Assembly: GCF_000372725.1 (NCBI RefSeq)
Contig: NW_005201792.1
Coordinates: forward strand, 1,057,440 to 1,121,439
Origin: Emiliania huxleyi CCMP1516
Lineage: Eukaryota
Direction of reading: 5' to 3'
Length of the DNA: 64,000 nucleotides
Below, one piece after another: positions 1-10,651 of this stretch. Numbering within the stretch: position 1 is the first letter of the stretch; every line of letters begins with the position of its first letter. The translations under genes and the position numbers were made by a program. The notes under the pieces are model-generated. The model was not told the origin of the DNA. It made no database searches and worked only from the letters and a program-made list of their open reading frames with translations.

Positions 1-665
1 CGCCGCGCGGGGCACGTCGCCTCCCCATCCAGCCGGGATTGTGGTGGCTGGATGCCGGGTGATGACTGCGTTTCGCTTCGCCGCAGAGGCGGCGGGCCTT
101 GGCCGGGCGTTTGGATTGGACGTGGGCTGGCGCAGGGCCGCTGGGCGTCCCCGAGAGGCTGGCGCTCACCCGCCGGTGAGCCACTGCATGGCGAAGCGCT
201 CTGGGGCTCGGAGACTTGGGGGTCCGGCGTGCAGAGTCAGTTCAGGCTCTGTGACCTGCCATCAACTCACACACACCCATTAGGGACCCCGACACCCGAA
301 GTGATTCCGACAGCGTTCACGCCGTACTTGGTTGCCAGCGAAAGGGTTTGTTATTGTGAGGCCTGGGGGTCGACTAATTGTGAGGCGGAGGGAGAGAGAG
401 TGTGTACAGAGTCAGAGAGAGAAGTGAGTGACGAGGCCGTCATCGCATTCGCCTTCTGGGACCCAGCGCTGACTTCTGACTGTCACTGCTGTCTCTCCCT
501 TCTCGACTGTCTGTGCTTGTGCGTCTTGGGTCCGGGGTTGTGTTTTTGTGTGAAAAAGGATTTATGTGAACAGCGCAACAAGGCCAGAAAAATTTTATTT
601 TTTTTTGAAACAGGAAGTGTCCGAGACCTCGTGCTACTCGAGTGCACATCTTGGCGCGAATCGTG

Positions 666-2732
666 ATGCCCAGCAGCACTCGCTCCGGCGTGCTTGCCAC
701 TCGAGCGCCCGCCCCCACCGCCACAGAGACTGCCGCAGAGACTCCGGCAGAGACTCCCACCGCCGAACCTGGCCTCTCGGCCTACGAACTGGAGCGGCTC
801 GCCAACATACGAGCAAATGAGGCTATTCTCGCATCACTCAACCTTGTGAGCTTCAAATCAGAGATGGGGCTCAAGTCCTCCTCAGCGCGTCCGTCGCAGC
901 GCGGCGTCGCCAACGCGTCTCGAAAGCGCTCCTCTTCGACTCCGACCGTCCCGACCCGGCAATCGTCCCGAACCCGCAATGTGGCACCAGAGTTCAGTGG
1001 GGTTGCCGAGGAGCACCGCGATGGCCGGATCGAACTCGACTCGGGAGACATCATCGCCCCGGGTGTTGGCAAGGTTGCCCGCCCGGAAGACCTCTTCAAG
1101 CAGCTCGACCCGCGCACGCCGATCCCTTTCCACCGCGTCAACGACGACGACATGGAGGAGGCGGAGGAGGACGTGCGGGCGGAGGACGTGGAGGCGGCGG
1201 CGGCGGCGATGGCGGCGGAGGACGCAGCGGAGGAGGAGGAGGAGGAAGAGGAGGACGTGCCCCTCTCTGCGCGCCTGCCGCCGGCCGCACGCGCTGCGGC
1301 TGCTGCGCTGCCAAAGCCCGACGAGCGGGACGGCGCACTGCTCCGCCTCGTCACCTCCGGCCAGGAGGGAGGCTCGAGGGAGGAGGCGCCCCGACAAAAG
1401 GGCAGGCCGGCCGGCAAGGGACGGGGCGCCGCCAAGCCGCCCGCCGCTGCCTCCTCCCTCGCACGCTGCTCGCTCGCCGAGGCGGACGTGGCCAAGGTGA
1501 GCCCCCCCGTGTGCGGCTTAGCTGTGGCAAGAGCGCCGGTTCACAGATGGGTTGATAAGAAACAAGAAGCTTCACAGCCTTGCGCGCGCGAGCAGGTGAC
1601 CAAGTCCGCGGTGGTGCACCTGCAGTTCCAGCCGCGCGACGACACGCTCCTCCTCGCGGCGGGCGACAAGGACGGCCACGTGTCGCTGTGGCACTGCGAC
1701 CGCGCCGAGGACGACCCGTCCGACGGCGTGCACCTGCACAGGCCGCACAAGCAGTACATCTGCGGGCTGCGGTGAGATGCGGCCGAGATGCGGCCGAGAG
1801 AGGGTAGTCGGCGCCCCTCTCCGCCCCGCTGCGACGCCTCTTTCGACGCCCCAGGTGGCAGCCGCACTCGCTAGACTGCCTCTTCTCCGCCTCGTACGAC
1901 GGGACCGCAAAGTGCCTCCGGCTCGGCCGGCGCGAGTTTGTGACGCTCTGCCACGCCGACAAGGAGTTCTCCGCCTTCACGCTCGGACAGGCCTGCCCCT
2001 CCCTTCTCTACCTCGGCACAAACGACGGCGAGGTTGGCGGCTACGACACGCGAGCCGGCGCCCTCTCGCACCCCTTCGCCGCCCGGCACGGCCGCAAGGT
2101 GAACACGCTCTCGATCGACGCCGGGCGCGACTGGCTCCTCGCGTCGGCGGGCTCCGACGCGGCGGTGCACGTCTGGGACGCGCGCAGGCTGTCTGGCGGC
2201 GGCGGCGGCGCCAAGCCGGTCGCGACGCTCAGCCTGCCCAAGGCGTCGCAGGCAGCGGAGTGGGCGCCCGACGGCAGCGGCCGGCTCGCGGTCACCTGCT
2301 TCGACGACCGGCTCCGCGTCTTCTCGCTCGCGGCGCTGGCGGACAAGGCGGCCGCCTCGAGCGCGAAGAGCGTCCCCGCCGCGAGCGCCGAGCCGGCCCT
2401 GGCCGTGCGGCACTGCACCGCGACGGGGCGGTGGGTGCGCGCTCCCGGACGCCCCTCCTCTTGCGGCGCCCTGCAGGTAACGCCTCGCCACGCCCTCCCG
2501 CTGCGCACAGGTGGTCCCCTTCCGCGCGACGTGGACGGCGAGCGGCGACGGCGTGCTCGTCGGCGGGATGAAGAGGACCGCCGAGGTCTACGACCCCGCC
2601 AGCGGCAGCAGGCTCGCCTCGCTCAGCTCGGAGCACATGACCGCCATCCCGTCGCGCAACGCCTGCCACCAGGGCGGCACCGTCGTCGCCGCCGCGACCA
2701 ACTCGGGCCGCGTCCACATCTACAGGACGTGA
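666..2732 (+). CDS. WDR76: WD40-repeat protein, WDR76/CMR1-like (spliced; intron 1497-1595 and two further introns at about 1772-1854 and about 2435-2510)
   Basis: N-terminal LSAYELERLANIRANEAILASL helix typical of WDR76/Cmr1. ADVAK|VTKSAVVHLQFQP...AAGDKDGHVSLW and further WD repeats (LLASAGSDAAVHVWD, HCTATGRW|VVPFRATW, AATNSGRVHIY*). ATG at 666, TGA at 2730-2732. Confidence 0.8.
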
Positions 2733-3271
2733 GCGGCAAGGCACCTGCGAGGCGGCGCCTTCTACCTCGCGCGACGCTCTTGGTCCGCAGCGGCCGCTGG
2801 CAGCGTGTAGCACTCTCGTATCTCGCGAGTCTCTGCCAGTGTATTCTGTATCGATGCGGCTCAATCGGACCTTGGAGCGCTGGAGGCTGGCGCGCTAGGG
2901 GCCTATGGCTATGCGCTAGCCTTGGCGCTAGGCGCTGCGCGCCGTGTGTGACGCGATCGCTAGAGCTCACTCGCTCCTCACGCAAACGGCGGAGTTCTCC
3001 TACTCTCCAACGAGAGCTAAGATATGTACTATGTACACACTGTCGGTTGTGTTTCGTTCATGCATTACGGCTCTACGGACTACGCACTGTCGGGAGACAC
3101 CAGAAGCGGCGCCAGAGACCTCGCACGCTCACAGCTCAGTCGATGTCCGGGCTCTCGCTCGCAACAACACATGAACGAGTTTGACCCCCGTCCGTACCGC
3201 TGGCATGAACAATTTGCCGGCCCAGTCGCGCGTGGTCGCGCTGCCAGCCAGGTCGAGCACGCCCCTCAGCC

Positions 3272-4147
3272 TCACTCTCTGGCCGTTGCCTGCACACTGC
3301 GGTCAGCATCACAGGCGCGGCCACGGCTCCGATTGGGCGAGCGGCGCGGGCGCAACGCACGTCGTGGAGCCGCTCTCGCAGCCTCTTCGACCCCCTCTCC
3401 CTGCTCAAGCGTCGTCTCGGTCGTCGTCGCCGCCGCCGCCGCGTCGGGGGCGCGCTTGGAAGTCTCGCCGGCGCCTTGGCGGAGGATGGAGTGCCTCGCC
3501 CGCAGGCAGACGCGGCCCTGTAGGTAGGCGAGCAGCAGCGCAGGGCAAAGCGAGTGGGCGAAGAGCAGCACCAGCACCGGCATCGGCGGCTCAGTGAGGA
3601 GGCCCGCGAGCACACACGACAGGACGCCGCCTCCACACAGCAGCGCGATGGCCGCTGCCACCGCCGCCACCCTCTCCCAAGGCTCGCGGCTCGCACCGGC
3701 ATCTCGTCCCTGCACAGCCTCACGGCGAGGCGCATGCTCGACATTGAAGTCGATCTGGTCCTCGTCCTCCAGGTCGAGCTCGAGCGGCGTCGCCTCCCAC
3801 GCAACCACCTCGCCGTCGAACAGGAACTGAGCCGGACCGGCATCTCTTGACGCGGTGTACTGGGAGAAGACGCGACCGAGGTTGTCTGTCATTTTGAGGC
3901 GATATACCTCCAGCTCTCCCTCCTCTGGAGCGCAAATTCGTAGGCTGATTGTCGACTTGCGGCGCCTCTCAGCCGCCGCTGTGGCTGCGGCTGCCGCCTC
4001 CTCTCGCTCAGACTGGATGAGCGGCGCGAGACGCTCGATCAGAGCCGACTTGACGCCACTCGTCAGGCAGCCGCGAGACTTGAGCTCATCTCGCAGGACA
4101 GCCGCTGTCGAGCGGGCGAGTTCTTCGGCCAGCACCGTGCCGTACAT
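3272..4147 (-). CDS. SAP domain + SUMO-like (Rad60-SLD type) domain + C-terminal transmembrane protein
   Basis: TAAVLRDELKSRGCLTSGVKSALIERL matches the SAP motif. ISLRI...YRLKMTDNLGRVFSQY...FLFDGEVV...TPLELDLEDEDQID matches the SUMO/SLD pattern. A hydrophobic stretch (VAAVAAAIALL...LLLAYL) follows. ATG at 4147; the 3' end may be spliced. Confidence 0.7.
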   Translation of the reverse strand: MYGTVLAEELARSTAAVLRDELKSRGCLTSGVKSALIERLAPLIQSEREEAAAAATAAAERRRKSTISLRICAPEEGELEVYRLKMTDNLGRVFSQYTASRDAGPAQFLFDGEVVAWEATPLELDLEDEDQIDFNVEHAPRREAVQGRDAGASREPWERVAAVAAAIALLCGGGVLSCVLAGLLTEPPMPVLVLLFAHSLCPALLLAYLQGRVCLRARHSILRQGAGETSKRAPDAAAAATTTETTLEQGEGVEEAARAAPRRALRPRRSPNRSRGRACDADRSVQATARE

Positions 4148-4568
4148 CGCTCTTGTTTTTTGGTTTGAGCATGGGTAAAGAAAAACGAGTGCCCACAATC
4201 GGTCCTGGGTTCCCTTTTATGTAGAGTGCGTTATGTTCTTGTTTTCTATCCGCTTTCTCTCTTTCGACGAGATGCCCGGATTTATTTCCGGGACAGCTCA
4301 GCATCCCCTCACTCACGCACGCGGACGGAAATTCATCGATCGAGCCCACCTCTATCTCGAACCTCTATCCGCCGCCGGACAGCACAGCACACGCCAGCAG
4401 TGTGCGCCGCGGCTGCGTTCTCGAGGTGGATATCCTTTGGCCGCGTTGGGTCACTCTGTCAAAGTTGACAAACGGAAACGCTTCATCGCAAACCCTGTCT
4501 GAGTCTGTCAGCAGAGACCAGAGACCAGAGTCCTCCTACACGTAAGAGAGCCGCACACAACGAAAGTT

Positions 4569-5020
4569 CACGGCGGCTGACGCCCGAGTGCAAAGATGAA
4601 AAGTCCTTTTAACTCCCTGTGTGGTGGCGGCGTGCCGTTCTCCCCTTTCTCCCACCCTCCCTTGCGCCTTGGTTTGTCCTTACCGGCAACTGGTCTCTGC
4701 ACTCTGGTGGTGTGCCGATGTCCGGCCTTGAGCTTTGTCAGTTTGCTGTGAAAGAAAGAAAGAAAACAGACAACCCAAGGGAGGGATGGGAGGACGGCAC
4801 GCCGCCACACAGGGATTTTAAGGAGAGGAGTGTGGTGCTAGCCGTCGCCCACCCACTTGGGCGTCTGCCTCTCCCCTAGCCTCTCCCTATCTCTCTTTGC
4901 AGTCTCTCTCCAATTCGCAGCGACCTTCATGCCGCCTCGCGGTCTTCTCACTCTCGTCGTTCTCTCTCCTGCCGCTTCATCCTCTGACTCATCGCTCTCT
5001 CGCTCTCCTCGGCCTCGTTC
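4569..5020. repeat. Dispersed repeat family A, two inverted core copies
   Basis: Core CCCTGTGTGGTGGCGGCGTGCCGT..CTCCC at about 4615-4665 and its reverse complement at about 4751-4820. The same family recurs at about 5178-5220, 22285-22340, 34205-34245, 34899-35035, 44765-45100 and 47775-48105. Confidence 0.8.
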
Positions 5021-5406
5021 TGAGACGCTCAGTTTGCTGTGAGTGAGAGAGGCCAGAGGGGCAGCTTGGTTCTACGAATTATTTCTTTCTGTCTTTGTGC
5101 TGTGAATAAGGCTTGTACTCTACGAATCTTTCTGGGATTCTCTGTTTTTTTCAGTCCCGCGGCCAGTGTTTGTAAAAAGAAAGAAAGAAAACAGACAACC
5201 CAAGGGAGGGATGGGAGAACGTGTTTGTAGTGTTTGTAGATGACTTTCAAATTCCCTTCTAAAATTCTTTTCTACGGCATCCCCGCCGAACCTTCAAGCG
5301 TAACGCCTTTCTGGAGTGATCGCCGCCCACGTCAGTCCCATCGAGGATCGAGCACCCACAAACGATGGGAGTCGCCGCCTCGAAAAAGACCCAGAGCTGC
5401 TGGCCA

Positions 5407-6291
5407 ATGTCGCCCAAGCCGGTCCTCCATTATTTTGACATTAACGGCCGGGGCGAACTCAGCAAGGTGCCCTCCGCTCTTGCAGCCATCGCGCCAACGA
5501 GCCGACCCCCTTCCTCCGGCCTCGATGAGCCACGTGTAGCACCAGGCCACCCCGCTCGCGGTTGCGTCGCTGGTAGCACTGATCGCCGCTCGTCCCTTCT
5601 CAGCTTATCGCCGCTGTGTCGCTGGTAGCACTGATCGCCGCCCGTCCCTTCTCAGCTTATCGCCGCTGTCGGCGGCCTCGAACTCGAATGCGTCGAGTAC
5701 CCATTTTCGGCAAATGGAGCCTCTGCCGCCGACAAGTTGAAGGCGGGCCCGGTTCAGTCGGAGCACACCAAGGCGGCTACCGCGATGGGCATGGACGGTT
5801 GTGGTCTGCCAATCTTAGTGCACGGTGACCTCAAGATCTACCAGAGCTTTGCCTGCCAGAACTACCTCGCGTCTATCGGTCCCAAGTATCCAAAGGTCAC
5901 CGCGCAGCAGCAAGCCGTGGACGACATGTTTCAGGGCGCGTTGGAGGACTGCATGGGCCTCGGCGCCGGGGTCATCCTGAGTGGTGGCGACCCCGCGCTG
6001 GTGCCAAAGGTCATGGAGAAGGTTCTCGCTCACCTGAGCAAGTACATCCCGGACAAGGGTTTCGTCCACGGCAAGGATGCGCCCACCACGGCCGACTTGG
6101 CCGTCCTCGTCCTGACACAGGCGCTGATCCCGTTCGGTGCGACGCTGGGCGAGGGCGCTGCCGAGTGCTACGGGAAGTTTCCCAAGGCTGTGGCTCTGGG
6201 CGAGCGGGCCGCCGCTTTCCCTGCGATTGCGACATGGCTCACCAACGAGCACTGCAACCTCAAAAAGCCGCCAAAGGCTGCACGCAAGTGA
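5407..6291 (+). CDS. Glutathione S-transferase (sigma/alpha-like); intron 5467-5655
   Basis: MSPKPVLHYFDINGRGELSK|LIAAVGGLELE...GLPILVHGDLKIYQSFACQNYLA...FVHGKDAPTTADLAV. This gives the GST N-domain (LHYF..GRGE, LP.L..G..I.QS) and the C-domain TxAD motif. Confidence 0.85.
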
Positions 6292-6444
6292 GGACCAGGC
6301 TTCGACAGTTCGTGATGACCGAGATCTTCTCTCGAGGTACGAGGACGATATCTTCGGGCCGGGTGGGTCGTGTGAGTGTTGATTTGTTTGGTGCGTTCCA
6401 AGTTGGGGGGAGCGGGAGGCTCGCGAGTGAGACCGCGAGAGATG

Positions 6445-6590
6445 CGCAGACGGAGAAGGCGCTCTCATCATCCCGTATCGCAGACGGAGAAGGCGCTCTC
6501 ATCATCCCGTATCCGCAGACGGAGAAGGCGCTCTCATCAACATCATCCCGTATTGCAGACGGAGAAGGCGCTCTAATCATCCCGTATCGC
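6445..6590. repeat. Tandem repeat, about 34-40 bp x4
   Basis: CGCAGACGGAGAAGGCGCTCTCATCATCCCGTAT repeated four times with small indels. Confidence 0.9.
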
Positions 6591-6738
6591 ACCGAAGTGT
6601 CTTTGATGTGCCTAATCGTAGTTGACGGAAGAGGGGACGTAGACCCTCCTAACAGGGCATCAAGGAGAAGGACGCACGTCGCGCGCCACGTTCCAAACTC
6701 GAATCGCCGACCGCAAATAGATCTAGCCCCGGAGCAGC

Positions 6739-8632
6739 ATGCCCACCAACGAGCGCAAGAGCTTCTTCCGTCCCTTTACGCGCTCAAAGACGTCCATCAA
6801 GTCGGCGTCCAACCTGCTGACAACGACCCGACTCGAGTTCCGCGCCGTCTTCCGCGCTGATGGCGTCGCCACTGATCCGTTCAGCACGTACACCGAGCAG
6901 GCGCTCCACGACGCGCTGCAGCTCGCCATACCCGCTGGCACCAGGGGGAGCCTGACACCATCCGTTGACTCCAGGGGCCAGCCGGCAGCACTCGTCCGCG
7001 TAGTTGCAACCGACTCCCGCGCCCTCTACGAGCTCCGGGCGATGGTCGTCAGCGGAGACTTTATGCGCGAGCTCACTCGGCAGCTTCGCGCGAACGTCAA
7101 GGAGGTGCGCCGCTCGCAGCGCGTGGAGTCGATGCGCACCGGCGCGCCCACCAGCCTCCCTGACGACGACCGCGACCTCGACAAGCTCGACGACGACTCT
7201 GCAAACGGCTCCGCTCCCGGCGTCACCGAGATGACCATGATGGATGACGACGACAACATTTGGGAGAGGATCCGTCTGATGCTGCCGTGGGAGGAGAAGT
7301 CGGAGAAAGACCGGCGGAATGAGGTCAAGCGCGAGCTCAACTCTTGCATCCAGCAGCGCACCGAGATGCGTGACAGGCTGGCCGAGATCGAGGCCAAGTG
7401 CACCGAGCTCACCGAGCAGCTGGCGACCATGTCTAAGAGCACCGAGGAGCCCGCCGCCGAGGTGGTGGCGAAACGGGAGGCAATCGAGGCGCCGCCGCCG
7501 CCGCCACCGGCGGCCGCGCTCTCCGAGGACGAGGTCTCCGACTCGTCCGCCAGCAGCGATGCGGGCGACCCCGTCGGCCCCGTCGCGGCCAACCACGTCG
7601 CGCTCGAGGAGCTGACGCCCGAGCAGTTGGAGATGGTCAAGGATCTCTCGGCCGCGTACCTCGCCGCGGGCGGCGAGCTCGACGAGTACGGCGACATCTT
7701 CATCCTCCGCTTCCTCGTCGACCGCGACTGGAAGTACGAGAAGGCCAAGAAGAAGGCCGAGGCGACCGCGGCGTGGCGTGCCAGGAGCGGCGTCAACGGC
7801 TTCCGCAAGCAGATCGCGGGCGGGCTCGCGTACCACGAGATCCCCAACATCAAGGAGCTCTTCACGAGTGTCGCCGTCGCCAACTGCCACTCGCGCACGA
7901 GGTCTGGCGACCTGCTGACCTTCATCGACTACGGCTCGCTCGACGTGACCAAGTTCTTCAAGATGCTCGACAACACGCAGTACTTCGATATCAACAACTT
8001 CATCCTCGAGTACGCCTCCTACCACGCCGACAAGCTGACCAAGGAGACCGGCATCCTCGTCCGGCAGGCCCGCCGCCGCCCTCGCCGCCGCCGCCTTCGC
8101 CGCCGCCGCCCCCCCCCCCGTCGCCCCCTGCGCCAAGCCCGCCTGTACTACCCCGAGCTGCTCGCAGCCCGCCGACAGTACTACCCCGAGCCGCTCGCGC
8201 CCCCCCCCGTCGCCACAGTTCATGGTCATCGACGCGGGTGGCATCGGCCTCGGTCACGTCTCGCTGCGCATGTTCATCCGCTTCAAGCCGATCATGCCGC
8301 TCGCCGACCTGTACTACCCCGAGCTGCTCGGCGGCGCGCGCGTGCTCAACGCGGCGTGGGCGCTGCACCAGGGCTGGAAGCTCGTCAAGCCGCTCCTCTC
8401 CAAGCAGATCCAGGACATGGTCGGTATCCTCGACGCCAAGCACACGCAGGGCGCGCTGCTCAAGGTCGCGGACCCGGAGGCTGTGCCCGACTACCTCGGT
8501 GGCGAGTGCGCCACCATCCCGCGCCCGGCGGTCAACGAGTACCCCAGGGCGGGCATGGACGGCGTGGATGCTGACGCCATCTGCCCGGGCAAGAAGCTGG
8601 GCGCCTACATGCGCCGCACGCTCGCGCCCTGA
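6739..8632 (+). CDS. CRAL-TRIO/Sec14-like lipid-binding protein with N-terminal coiled coil; GC-AG intron 8068-8218
   Basis: GDIFILRFLVDRDWKYEKAKKK...AAWR (CRAL-TRIO N). RQ|FMVIDAGG...DLYYPELLGGARVLNAAW...WKLVKPLLS...AVPDYLGG (CRAL-TRIO core). Confidence 0.85.
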
Positions 8633-9121
8633 GCATCACCCGCACTCCGCGCTGGCGCATGCTTCCACCCCGTGGAGATCGCTCGTGAACGCGAGTTGTG
8701 GAGCTTTGTTTGTCGATAGGTCTAGCAGAGATGGCAGCGTCACACCATCCTTCCCAGGAAGGGACCTGCTAGCGAACCTCGTTTTTTTTCCCTGCTGGGT
8801 TCCGGCTCCTACCCAGATAGGGGTCTGTTGACACCCGTTAGACCCTATGCGCTATGCAATAGGGTAGGTCCGGTTTTGACCGCTCCAGAGGGCCCCGGGC
8901 ATTTTTTCGCTTCGCTGCGCGCCCCCCTGGGAATAGGTAGGTAGGTGGGGCACGGAGCCTGGCGGTTGGCTCCCGCAATAAATAGGTAGGTATAGCTAGG
9001 GCGTTTTGGCGCGAGTGCAGTCGTTGCAGAGTCCGCCTTTCTGGAAGAGCCGGAACCCTGCCACGTTGGCACTCTCCTGCGCTGCCCACGCCCTGCCTCC
9101 GCGCTCTTTCAGACGCTCTTC

Positions 9122-10213
9122 ATGCAGTTCGCCGTCGCTATTGTGTTCGCCGTTGGCCTCCGCATGCTCATGAATCTGTGGCTCGGAGCCGCTGTGCCGG
9201 GCGCACACCCGCCGCGCGCCTCCCACCCTCCGCAAGTGGCAAGCGCGCCCGCCGATGTGGCAGCGATCCGGAAAGAGCTACTCACGCTGCAGCGGCTGGT
9301 TGGAGCACAGGAGCAGCTGTTTAACGCGGAGCGCGCGGCCAGCGCGGCCAGCGCGGCCGCCGCCGCCGCTTCGGCTGCTGCCGCGGCCGTCCTGCGTCCG
9401 CAGGCGACCGGGCCGCCGCCGCCGCCGCCGCCGCCAGAGCAGACGGTGTGGAGCGAGACTTCGATTGGCCGGCTCGCCTCGAGCATGCGTGCGCTCTCGA
9501 GCGAGGTGGATGGCGGTCCGCTGCCCACGCCGCCAGCGTCGCCCGACGCTCGGCACGCCTCTGGTGCGCCTCGCCACTCCGCGGAGGGTGCTCTCGCCGC
9601 GGTGGAGGAGTCTCTCGAGCGGCTGACCGCGCGAGGCGCCGAGGTGGAGCGGGCGTGGGCGGCCCTCCACTCGGAGCGAGCCAGCCTGGAGCGGGCCGCG
9701 GCGGCGCTGCGGCGCGCGCTCTCCCCGTCGCGTCCAGCCGGCCAGCCGGCAGGCTCGCAGCGGGGCGGGGAGAGGAGAGGGGCGGACGCCGCCTCGGCGA
9801 CGAGCGCAGCCGCGGCGGAGCCGCGCCGGCCGCGCGGCGCTGGCGACGATGCGGCGCCGGCGACGGCGAAGGCGGTGCCGCGGCGCAAGCCGGTGCGGAG
9901 GAGTTCGCCCGACGACTGGGAAAAGGAGTGGGAGGAGGAGGACGCGCACGAGAAGCTGGTCGAGTCAACGGCGGGCCAGCTCAACTCGGAGGTCGAGAGG
10001 CTGCTCCGCCTCTTCGCCGCGCCGCCCACCGCCGCCAAGCCCTCCAAGGGCAAGGGCCAGCCCGCGACCAACCCCGCCAGCGGGCTGCCGACAGGAGACA
10101 TCAAGCCCGCCGCGGCAGCCGCGGGGACGCACCAGGCGCACTCCCTCTCAAAGCCTCAGCAGCCGACCCTCGCCGACACGGAGGGAGACTTCGAGGTGGA
10201 GGAGGTGGACTGA
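9122..10213 (+). CDS. Hypothetical protein with N-terminal signal/TM segment and coiled coil
   Basis: 363-aa ATG ORF with a hydrophobic N-terminus, heptad-like stretches and an acidic end (DFEVEEVD). No recognised domain. Confidence 0.5.
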   Translation: MQFAVAIVFAVGLRMLMNLWLGAAVPGAHPPRASHPPQVASAPADVAAIRKELLTLQRLVGAQEQLFNAERAASAASAAAAAASAAAAAVLRPQATGPPPPPPPPEQTVWSETSIGRLASSMRALSSEVDGGPLPTPPASPDARHASGAPRHSAEGALAAVEESLERLTARGAEVERAWAALHSERASLERAAAALRRALSPSRPAGQPAGSQRGGERRGADAASATSAAAAEPRRPRGAGDDAAPATAKAVPRRKPVRRSSPDDWEKEWEEEDAHEKLVESTAGQLNSEVERLLRLFAAPPTAAKPSKGKGQPATNPASGLPTGDIKPAAAAAGTHQAHSLSKPQQPTLADTEGDFEVEEVD

Positions 10214-10651
10214 GCGAGCGAGCGAGCAGCGAGGCGCGTCGGTCTCCAGTGGCGTACACACGAACGGTTAAACGCGAGACCGGGGTGTGGGCGCGCGTAT
10301 ATAGCCTAGAGGGCGTAACCGTAAGTGGACTAAGGTTTTCGTGCGCGGTTGGGGTTGCCGGTTCGCGGAGTGCGCGAATGTCCGGACGTGACCAGGGGTT
10401 TAGGGGGTCAATAATTCCCATTTTCATAAATACGCAGCGGCGCGCAGACAGCGCCGCGCTCAAAACAAAAGCAGTTCAGGTAAAGTGTTGTGACTCGTGG
10501 AGGGGGTGCTCCATGCAGAGGGGTGGGTCGCATGCAGAGTCTCGACGGCGCCCAGCCGAGGCGACAGCGCTCGTGTCGCGCACGCAGCGCGCGGGTCTCA
10601 GGGGCATGCCGCAGGGTCCCCGCCTCGCGCGAAGCTCCGCGCCGGCGCGCT

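Noticed and set aside
52..666. 204-aa ORF upstream of WDR76
   Set aside because: Low-complexity, repeat-like sequence running through an AT-rich promoter region, with no motifs.
782..1495. Long antisense/overlapping ORFs here and throughout (e.g. 6784-8244, 23609-24979, 39457-41181)
   Set aside because: Shadow ORFs expected from very high GC. They are Arg/Ala/Pro-rich, have no motifs and lie opposite well-supported genes.
6445..6590. CRISPR-like array (repeats of about 34 bp)
   Set aside because: Units are directly tandem with no unique spacers, the context is eukaryotic, and no cas genes are present.
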